Below are positions 41,771 to 52,500 of a DNA stretch of 64,000 bases, piece after piece. Source of the stretch: a bacterium (lineage in GTDB: Bacteria; JAGOBX01); the NCBI GenBank assembly GCA_029551925.1, contig JAKPEO010000124.1, positions 86,898 to 150,897 on the forward strand, read 5' to 3'. The position numbers and the translations under genes were made by a program. A model generated the notes under the pieces. The model searched no databases. It had not been told where the DNA came from and saw only the letters and a list, made by a program, of their open reading frames with translations. How positions within the stretch are numbered: position 1 is the first letter of the stretch; every line of letters starts with the position of its first letter.

Positions 41771-41980
41771 TCACTTTGGAAGTAAAATCTTATAAAATAT
41801 AATCACAATCAACCAAACGAAAAACAATATTTTCAAAATATCAAATAAAAACCAAATTATACTAAATATTGAACTCGGTTTATAATAACTTTTTGAAAAT
41901 ATAAACCATCTTAATCTTTTTAATTTGGCATTTATCTTTTTACGATAATATTTATACCCTTTTTGATTTGGCATTACCAT
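41771..41980 (-). CDS. Possible small membrane protein, about 69 aa if it starts at the internal Met.
   Basis: MVMPNQKGYKYYRKKINAKLKRLRWFIFSK...IIWFLFDILKILFFVWLIVIIFYKILLPK begins right after the stop of the FN3 lipoprotein gene. The predicted ORF extends further upstream and overlaps that gene. Confidence 0.25.
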   Translation of the reverse strand: MVMPNQKGYKYYRKKINAKLKRLRWFIFSKSYYKPSSIFSIIWFLFDILKILFFVWLIVIIFYKILLPK

Positions 41981-41984
41981 ATTT

Positions 41985-42692
41985 TTAATGATTACAGCAG
42001 TTTGCGGCTTCCCCGAGAGTAGTAACAGTTTTTTCGTCAGACGGCTGACTTTCATTACGCAATTTATCATAAGCAGTAACTCGTATTTTATAAAGCGTCC
42101 CTGTTTTTAACCGTGAAATCGTATATTCGGTTTTTGTTATTATTTCATCTGCGCGATTAACGCGCTGCCAGCCGCCATCTTTTGTTGAAATATAAATATT
42201 ATAGCCGTATAAATCTTCTTCGCGATTTTCGTTCCAGCGTATTTCAATACGATTTTCTGCTACTGACACAATATCCAACCCGTCTGGCTGATTAGGCGCA
42301 TCATAATCTTCTATTTTTGCCCTGCCTATTTCAATATTATTTTCAGTTAATCCTCTTATGATTATCGATTTTTTTGGCTGAATATTTATCCGTTCTTTAA
42401 AATATCCGTTTTGATTTGCTTTAAAAGTATCTTCATTAATTTTTATAATAATATTTGGTTTTGTTTTTCCAATTATATTTACATAGTCAAAATCATCGCG
42501 ATAATAATTAGTAATTTCTAAATCGCCGCTAGCTTCGACATTTATTGGCGCTTTATATACATAATTAAAATCAAAAATTTTTTTTTGAGGTAATTCTGAA
42601 TTATTAATAGAAACGCAAGAAAACAAACACAATACACTTATCATTAAAAATAAAAAAAGTAATTTTTTTTTTTCCATTTTAGTTGCTTCCAA
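41985..42692 (-). CDS. Lipoprotein with a fibronectin type III domain.
   Basis: 235-aa ORF. A signal peptide with a lipobox-like LFSCVS. The FN3-like C-terminal domain is LDIVSVAENRIEIRWNENREEDLYGYNIYIS...LYKIRVTAYD. It lies 6 bp downstream of the prohibitin-like gene. Confidence 0.55.
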   Translation of the reverse strand: MEATKMEKKKLLFLFLMISVLCLFSCVSINNSELPQKKIFDFNYVYKAPINVEASGDLEITNYYRDDFDYVNIIGKTKPNIIIKINEDTFKANQNGYFKERINIQPKKSIIIRGLTENNIEIGRAKIEDYDAPNQPDGLDIVSVAENRIEIRWNENREEDLYGYNIYISTKDGGWQRVNRADEIITKTEYTISRLKTGTLYKIRVTAYDKLRNESQPSDEKTVTTLGEAANCCNH

Positions 42693-42698
42693 AAAAAA

Positions 42699-43499
42699 TT
42701 ATTGACGCGGTAATTGTATAAATGGCATAGCATTGCCTGTCACTGTCGGCAATATCCCGTTCCATTTTTCTACAGCTTTCATCTGCACTTCTATTTCGCG
42801 CAATCTTAAAAGTTCGTTTGTAACCTGCTGCCTTTGTATTCTTAACGCTTCTGCTTCCGCTTGCGCTTGTGCTACTTTTTGCTCCGCTTCAATTTTGATG
42901 CGCTCTAAATCACGCTGCGCTTTTAATGCCTGCTGCTCCGCCGCTAACTTTTCTTCTACTGCCGCATTGAATTTCTGACTGAAATCAAAATTTACTACAC
43001 TGAATGCATCTATAATTATTCCGTAAATTTTTAATCTGCTCGTCAATAATTCTGAAATTTCATCGCTTACTTGCCGTCTTTTTGTGATAAGTTCTTCCGC
43101 TGTATATTTTGCGGTTATAGCTTTAACGCATTCTTGCACTGCCGGCGATATTAAAGTTTCAGAATAATTCACGCCTACTTTTTTATATATATCGCTCACA
43201 ACATTTTCAGTAACATGATAATTTACCGCTATCACGCTTTCTACTGTTTGCAAATCTTTACTCGCTGCGCTGGCGCGCGTCTCTAATTTTTTTATTCGTA
43301 TATCAAAATGTATTACATTCTGTATCATCGGCACTATAAAAGTTATGCCTTCGCCAGCTACTCTCTTAATCGAGCCTAATTGCAGCACTATTCCGCGATA
43401 GCCAGGCTGTATTATAGCAAACGGTTTAAATAAAATAAATAAAATTCCTAAAAAAATCAAAACTACTAAATACCTTAAAAATTGGTTTCCGGTATTCAT
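42699..43499 (-). CDS. Prohibitin-like SPFH/band-7 membrane protein.
   Basis: 266-aa ORF. An N-terminal TM segment, the SPFH core (IIQPGYRGIVLQLGSIKRV...FDIRIKKLETRASAASKDLQTV...), and a C-terminal coiled coil rich in AEQ/AQA. It lies 20 bp downstream of the giant TPR gene. Confidence 0.75.
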   Translation of the reverse strand: MNTGNQFLRYLVVLIFLGILFILFKPFAIIQPGYRGIVLQLGSIKRVAGEGITFIVPMIQNVIHFDIRIKKLETRASAASKDLQTVESVIAVNYHVTENVVSDIYKKVGVNYSETLISPAVQECVKAITAKYTAEELITKRRQVSDEISELLTSRLKIYGIIIDAFSVVNFDFSQKFNAAVEEKLAAEQQALKAQRDLERIKIEAEQKVAQAQAEAEALRIQRQQVTNELLRLREIEVQMKAVEKWNGILPTVTGNAMPFIQLPRQ

Positions 43500-43519
43500 A
43501 AAATTTCACTCCTTTATAT

Positions 43520-46500
43520 TTAATTTAAATTTTTCTTTAATTCATTTAAACGCTGCGCAGCTTTGCTCGCATAATCTGATGTCGGGTCTAATTTGATTGA
43601 TAATAAATAAAGTTCGTATGCTTTTTGATGATTATTAGAATCATAATACAAATCCGCTAACTTATTAATTATTTTTAAATCATTATTTTTTAATGTATAA
43701 ATTCGTTCGTAAATTTTTACAGTCTCTTTGATATTACCGCCGGTTTCATAAATTTCCGCTAATAATATCATATAATCAATATTAGTTGGCTCTAAATTTA
43801 CAGCTTTTTGAACATTCAATAACGCTCTGTCATATTTTTTTAATTTATATGATAATAAGCCATATTGCTGATAATATGTTGAATTTTTAATATTAAATTT
43901 TTCAGATTTCTCAAATAATTTGTCAGCTTCATCAAATTTTCCAACTTTCATTGCCGCAAGCGCTGAATTATAATATATCCGAAAATCTTCGAGATTTTGA
44001 TACTTTTGATTGTATGCTGAAAGTATCTCATAACTTTTTCTAAATAAGCCCTTTGTATAATAAATATTCGCTAATTTCAATATTCTATCATTTAATTTTT
44101 TTTGAATGTCAGATTTAGAAGTATCTAATGTTTTTAAATCTTGAAGTTTAGTATAATATCTCGCAGCATTATCAAATCTATTGATTTCATAATTTAAATC
44201 ACCGGCTGTCATCAAAATTTCCCATTGATTATTATTGATATTTAATGAATTTTCAAATTTTTGCAGAGCATCGGTCTTTTTGCCATTATTTAAATCAATA
44301 TATCCCAATAAATTCAAAATTTCAGTATCGTTTTTATTTGTAGCGTAAATTCTATTTAAAAATTCAGCGGCTTTATTATAATCATTTTTATAATAAAGTA
44401 TTTTGCCTGCTATTTTATTGAAATTTTCAATATCCGGCGCGGCAGTCAAGCCCGCGTCAAAATATTTTTTTAAATCAGCATAAGCATTATCAAAATTATT
44501 AAGGTAATAATAAGAGACAACCGTGTATTTATAATTATTCGCTGGCAATTTCGTTTTTACGCTCATAGAATTAAATAATTGCAGCGCTTCAGAATATTTT
44601 TTTAAGTGAAACGCTGAAATCGCAAAATTAAAATAATTTTCATTGTCTAATGAACTCTGCTTCTTGATTTGAGAATAATATAAATATGATTTTGCATAAT
44701 CAGTTATTGAAAAATAAAATTTCGCGATTTGCTGAACAATTTTATCAAAATAATTAGCATCTTCGATTTTATATGTCCCGTCATTATGAATCTTAATCAT
44801 TTCTTCATAATAGCCAATTAATCGCGCATCTATTTTGGAATTTAATTCATTATATAAATCAGCGGCTAATCGTAAAACTTGAAATTTTAAATTCGCTGAT
44901 ATGCCTTTTTGCAATAAATCATCGAATATTTTCAGCGCTTCGATTTTTTTCCGAATTTTGTAGAGCGAATATCCGTATTCATACATCTGCTCAGCGCGCA
45001 AATTGTTCAATTTTCCTGAATATTCCGCGCATTTTTCAAAATTTCCTAATTCAAAATTAGATTTCGCTAATTTTGATAATATCGTCTCTTTGTTTTGGTC
45101 AAGATTAAATAATACAGATAAATATCTATCTGCTAATTCATAATTTTTTAAATCAAAATAAGCATCGCCTAAATATTTGAGACATTCGGAATTTTTAGGA
45201 TTGTAATTCAAAGCAAATTTATAGTATTCTATGGCTTTTATGTTGTTGTTGCTCTTTCGATATAACCGCGCTAATATTAAAGCGTTTTCTTCTGACGGCG
45301 CTTTTGAATACAAATATAAATAATTTCTTTCTGCTGACGCAGTATCATTTTTGCTAATCGCAATGTCTCCTAAAATTTGATACACGCGCGGATCGTCAGA
45401 AATACCAGCAGCTTCATTAAGAAAATTTTGCGATTTTTCAAAATTCTTAATTTCGTAATATTTCAGCCCCAGCAATGTATAAGGCACAATTACATTAGCG
45501 CCGCTTTTCTTGGCTAAACTAAAATATTCTTCCGCTTTATTAAGATTGTTGTTATTTAAAAAATATTCGCCGATTATTAAATAAGCATCGCGTTTCGATT
45601 TTTCTTCTACTAACTCGATTTTATCTATTATCTGCTGAATATATTGCTCGATATTTTTGCTGTCGCCTAACTCTAAAAGTATCTTCACAAATTTTAATCT
45701 TATATCAATAATATTTTTTTCTGATAATCTGTTATTCAGTGCTTTTTCATTAGTATGATATTTAAAAAACTTTTCGTAATACTCGCCAGCTTTTTTTAAA
45801 TCGTTTTTGCTAAAATAAATTTCTGCTAAATAATACGCATAATCTGCAAAATTTTTAATATCCGCTGTTTTTCTTTCAAATTCTAAAAAATATTCAGCAG
45901 CATTAGTCAATTCTTTTGACAGCCAATATGTATAACCTACTATAAAATTTAATTCTGTTAATTGCTTTTTATAAATTTCTGGTAAAGTATCCACTAATCT
46001 TTTTATTTCAACATAATTCTGATTTTCAAAATAATATTTTAGCGCATATTCCAAATCTTCTAATTTTATCTTATTATCGGATTTATATTTTTTTAAAATA
46101 TATTCTACCGCAGCGGATTTATTATCCAATTTTATTAAACATTCAATTATATTATCAAAATATTCTTTGTTTTTAGTCAAATCAAGCCGAGAATAATAAT
46201 TATACGCTTTTTCGTAATTTTTACTTGCGAATAGTAAATTAGCGGTTTTTAAATATATTTCAGCGTCATTATTATTTATCGCTTGCAAATACTTTTCAAA
46301 ATAATGCGCGGCTAATAACGGATCTTTATTTTCTAATAAAAGTCCTAATCTTTTATTTACATCATTTCGAGTATTATCCAATAGCGAACATAAATAATAA
46401 TAAACAACAGCGCTGTCTATTTTTTTCAAATTATCAAATGATTTAGCCAATAAATAATAAATTTCAAAATTTGTTTTATTAAACTGCAAATATTTTTTCG

Positions 46501-49500
46501 CTGATAATATCGCACTGTCAAATAAATCTACATCAAAATAATATTCAGCTGATTTTAATGACAATTGCTGAATGTATTCAAGCGCATATTCTTCGTTTTT
46601 CATTATTTCAAACGCTTCTTTGAAATAATAGCCCGCTTGCTTTTTGTCAATAGTTGCTAACGCCAATCTAAAATACGCTAATCCCAATGTTTTTTTATCG
46701 TCAGCTGGCAAAATCTCAAAATTAAGCATTTTATAAGTGTCTATTGTTTTTTTATAATCTTCAATTTTAAATAATAATCGCGCAAGAGTCAGAATCGCTT
46801 GATTATCGCTTTTATTTGACATTATATATTTCTCATAATTCGCCGCGGCATTTTTGAAATCATTAAGCCGAAGATACAAATCTCCGAGCCGCTGATATGC
46901 TTTTATTTTGTTTTTGTCTAATGATATTAGTTGATTATATAATTTTATCGCGTCATTAACATACGATAATTGAAAATATAAATCTGCGCATTTTTCTAAA
47001 ACTTCAATATTTTTTGGGTTTGTTGACAAATAAATTGAATATTGATTTGCAGCGTTTACTAAATCGTTATTTTTTAAAAATAATTCCGCTAATTTATAAT
47101 TCAAATCATTGTTTTTAACTAAATTTCGCGCTAATACATACAATTCAATACTTTTATTAGTATCTAAATATTTTTCGCTTAACTGCGCAATCTGCAATAT
47201 AAAATTATTGTCGTTTGATTTCAGCGCAGCATTCGCTAAATATTCCGCGGCTTCTTTCTCTTGACCTGTATAATAATAAGCCCAGCCTAACTGCCGACTG
47301 TATTCAAAAGAATCCATTATTTCTTCGCGCTTTAATTTTGTGTAAATATCAATTACATTTTTATAATCTTTCAAAGAATAATAAGCGCTCGCTATTTTCA
47401 AAATTATATTTGTGTCGTTTTCCGAATATTGCAATGCTCCGCGATAGTTTTCTATCGCCTTAATATTTTCATTTGCAATGCTGTATAAATCTCCTAACTT
47501 TTCATAAATATTTCTTTTTAATTTTCGTATTTCTTCGGTGTTGCGCGCTTCTGATTCTATTCGTGTAAGCGCTTGCCATGCGTCTTGAAATTTACCGGAT
47601 TCGTATGACGCCACAGCTAAATAATAATACGCATCTTTTGATAAATACGGCTTTATACGAGATTCTGCTAATATTTTATAACCTTCAAAATAATTGGATT
47701 TCTTCACTTCCGCTATGCCTGTCAATACTCTTATTCGCATTTCAATATCGCGGTCATATACTTCAAACTTCAAATTTTTAGACGAATTTATTACTTCGTC
47801 GAATCTGCCGAGTTCTAATGCAGCTTCTAAAAATTTATATGTGTAATATTTTTTAGAATTATCTATGCTCAATAGTTTTTTCAATATTTCATATTCGTTT
47901 TGTTTGTTGCCGATTATTCTGCTGATTTCATATTTTATTAATAAATTTTCAAAATTGTCCGCGATATTAACTGATAATTTCGCGGCATCGGCAATCAGCC
48001 CATTTTTAAAATATAAATTGAATACCGCATTTATATAATTGCTATCTACTACTAACCCTTGCTTTTCAAAATTTTTTAATGCTTCGGCATATTCGCCTTT
48101 ATTATACAAACTCTGAAATTCGATTTTCTTTAATTCGGCGTCTTTTGCTTCTAATAAATTCAAATATTTTAGCGCTGTGTCGTATTTGCCGTCGCTATAC
48201 GCTTTTTTAGCAAGTATCGTATATGTGTGATTTATAATATTTACAATCTCCGGCTCGCTGCCGCTCGCTTTGATATTCATCTCCGCTAATTTTTCATATT
48301 CTCCTAATCTATACAGACACTTCGCTTTTAATAAAATAAATTTGTCTTTTTGGTCATTTTTGAGTTTTTGAGAATCTAATAATTTTAAACTTTTCGCATA
48401 ATTTCCTGTGTTAAAATACGCTGATACTAATCTTTCATAATCTGCGATTTCAAAATTATTATTTATAAATCTGTCCGCGTATTCTATATAAATATTGTCA
48501 TTTGAATTATTTAACGCTTTCAATATTTTTAGCGCGGCTTCTTCAATAACCGCGCGAGATATTTTCTTTGTCGTTTCAGTTTTTAATAATTCATTAGTCA
48601 ATTTTCCGATTAAATTAATTTTTTCAGTTTCGTCTATCGATAAATTATTCAAGCATTCTACATACATTAATAATACATCTTCGTCAAATATTGTTTTTTT
48701 CAAGGTCTCATAACATTTCTGATAATAACTTGTTTTTAAATATGCTGTCGCAATAATTTTTAATAAATTATTCGCTAAATTTTTATTTGTTAATTTTTCA
48801 AATACTTCTATTATTCGCTGATACTCGTTTCTTTCCGAAAGCAATATAATCAACTTATCAGCATAATCTAAATTATTCGTAAATTTATAATGCCAAAATA
48901 AAAAATTATACGATTTCTCACGAGTTGCTGTATTATAATAATAATTTCCTAATATCTGACTTACATTTGTTAAGATATTTTTATAATTTTCAATTTTTGC
49001 GATTTCTGTTTTGTCAGTAGAATAAACATTAAATACTCTTTCATAATAGTCGATTTTTTGAATAATATTATTTTGCAAATCTGCCGCGTTATAAAAAGCG
49101 ATAAATATTTTTTTATTTAATTCTTTTAATAAATTCAATTTTCCTAATTTTTCTAATTTATTGAATTGCTCGATAAAATTAATATAATCGGAATTATCAA
49201 AATAAATTTCGCCGAGCTGCGCTATAACTTCAATATCATTAGAATTTTTCTTTAAATGTCTTTGAAAATTTATCAGCGCCTGATTTATATTTTTAGATTT
49301 TATAAATAATCTGCCAATTTTTTTATATTTATCATTTAAAACATCATCAGGCAATTGTTCGAGCCGCGCTATCGCATTTTCATAGTTCCCTAAATTTTCT
49401 TCTAACTCGGCAATCTTCAATATCGCAGTTTGATTTTTATTGATATTTGCGTATTTCTTCAAAAAATCAAGAGCTTTTGATAGATTGCCGTTTTGCAAGT

Positions 49501-52500
49501 AAATCTCATACAAAGCATATAAAGCGTTTTCATTTTCTTCTATTTCTAATAACCTCAAATATAATTTTTCGAGATTTTGAGTATCTCGCGTCTGCTGCGC
49601 TAATTTTATCGAGCGTTTTAAAATATCAGCGTTTTTCGTTATTTCGCATAATTTCAAATAATAAGAATACGCTTTTTTATAATCTTCGATATTATACAAA
49701 GATTCCGCAAATTTCGTAATTTCGCTTTCGCTATTAAATTCTTGTTCGTCAGCTTTAGAATAATATTCTACCGCGTTTGAATAGCGTTTGAGATAATAAT
49801 AGCAATCGCCGATTTTTTTATTTAATGATGATTTTTGTTCTAATGTCGATAATCTCAAATAATTTTCTAACGCCTGATTATAACGCTGCGCTTTAAAAGA
49901 TTCGTCCCCAATCGTTGAATAAATGTCTATTAACGCATTTTTTACGCGGCTGTCGTTTGCGTCTAATTTCGCCAGCATTTCAAGCGACGCTGTATAATCC
50001 TTTAAATAATAAGCGGCAAACGCTCTGTAAAATTTTACATCGTATTTTATCGTATCTTTGATTAATTTCAAATGTCTTAACGCGTCATCGAATCTCTTCA
50101 ATTCAAAATAAGATACCGCCAATATATAATTTATCTTGTCTAATTCATCTGACCGTTTAAATGAATTTTGCTTTACCGCGTTCATCAATATATTAATTGT
50201 TTGACTGAATTTTTTTGCGTTAAAATTGTATTCTGTAAGTTCAATAATATAATTATTTTCTAATGTTTTATTTTGTAAATACGATTTTTCTAATATCTCG
50301 AAATATTTATTTTCTAAACCTAATGCCCGAGCTATTTGCAAATAGCTTTTTAATGTGTCTTTATGCAAAAATTCGTTCTTTGAAAAATAGTCGGATAATA
50401 TTTGGTTGTGATTTTTGATAATATCATCTTTCGCTAAAATATCCAAATATCTTTTTTGATTATCTGCTGATTTTTTGTGGTAATCTAATAATTCTAAAAC
50501 ATATTGTATTTGACTATTGTCTAATTCAAAAATTTTCTCTATTAGCGAATAATATTCCGGTTTGCGCAGTTCTTTGCAAATATCTGCGAATTTCTTTAAT
50601 TTTTCGATATTTCGAGTCTTTAATAAATTCAATTGAATTTTGGAATAGTAGTTATATGCTTCTACTATTTTGCCGTTTTCTAAATACAAATCAGCTAATT
50701 TTTCAATAATTTCCAAATCTTCGGTTTTATTAAGCGTTAAATATCTTTCATAATATTGCAGCGCTAAATTAATCTGCGCTAAATGCAAATTTACTTCCGC
50801 TAACTTTTTGTATATTTCAGCGGTTTCTGCGAACATCTTGGCTTTGTTGAGATATTCAAGCGCTTTACCGTAATTTTTAGTTTTAAAAAAATAATCAGAA
50901 GCGTAAAAAATCAAATCTCGGCCGTTTAATTTTCCGCTTTCTAATTTTTCTAAATAGCCGTTTAATTTCTCAAATTTTTCAGAACGCAGTAATGACAATA
51001 AAAAGAAATCTGATATTTCCTTATAATCCGGATAATACATCATTACTTTTTCATATAATTCATTTGCTTCATCGTATTTCTGTTGATAAAACAAAATCAT
51101 CGCTAATTCATATTTATAACTATAATTTTCAGGATTCAATTCTATTAGTTTTTTGTATATTTCTGCCGCTTGATTATTGTCATATAAATTTAATAATTTT
51201 TTTGCGTATATTTCAGTTAATTGTTTTGCTACTATTTTTTTATCTGATAATCTGCTGAAATAATATTCGGTCTTTTCTAAATTTTTCAACCTTGCAAAGC
51301 AGTCGCCCGCAAAATATAAACTGTCTTGCAAGCGATAATTTTCATTTGCGCATATTTCAAAAAATTTAGCGGATTTTTCATATTCTTCTAATTTATAATA
51401 TATCTCTGCAATTTTATATGCGGTATTAATTATCTGTTTTAGCGGGCTTTCTGAAATTTTACGATTATAAAATTTTAGATAATGCTCTAATGCCTGCGTT
51501 AAATTATTATTCCGTTCGTATATCCGCGCAAGTTGAAAATTAGCGGATATTTCATCAGAAAAATAGTCCTGATATTTTTTCGCAATCTTTATTCTATCAG
51601 TGTCTGACGCTAAATAATCTAATAGCGAAAATAAAATTTTTATAGAGTCTGAATCGCTGTCAGTTAAATTTTCTAATGTTTTAATAATATTGCCGAGGCG
51701 GTAATAAGCGGTCCCTAAAAGTTTTCTGCTGTTTTGATAATCTCTGATTTTATTAAATTCTGCTATTGCATTATTATAATCAGAATTATTAAAATAACAT
51801 AATGCCTTATGATAAATTACATCTGTATCTTCTTGCAATTTTAAAAAATATTCGAGCGCTTCCGCATATTTGCCGTTATCAAATAAAAATCGCGCTTTGA
51901 TTAATGAATATTTATTTGTTAATTCTTGATATTTTTTAGAATTAGTTTTTTGTAAATTCTCGTTAGATAATAATTTCTCAGCCATTTCAAATTTCGATAT
52001 GTCAATACAAGCATCGGCGAAATTTAATAAAAATTCAGTATCTGCTATTTTGTCATTATATATTTTCAAATAATATTTATACGCTATTTGCGGCAGCCCG
52101 CGCTGATAATATAAATCAGCGGCATATTTAAAAAGTTTGTCAGAACTATAACCGCTTTCCAAGCCCTGCGCAAAATATTGCAGCGCCTTTTCCTGCTGAC
52201 CTTTATTCAGGTATATCTCGCCTAAATATAAATAGCCCTGCATATAATCTTTGTCATTAGCCAATACTGCGCTAATATTTTTTTCCGCTTTGTCATACAG
52301 CCCTTGCGCCATATAAATATCAATCAATTTCATTTTTATTGATTTATCTGTTGGAAAGGATTTTTCTAATATTTCAAGATATATTAAAGCGTTTTTGTCA
52401 TCGCTGATTGACAAATAATAATCAGCTAATTTTTTCGCAATATTATTGTCTTTGAATTTCGAATATAATATTTTTTGATAGTTTGCCGCTATATCGGATT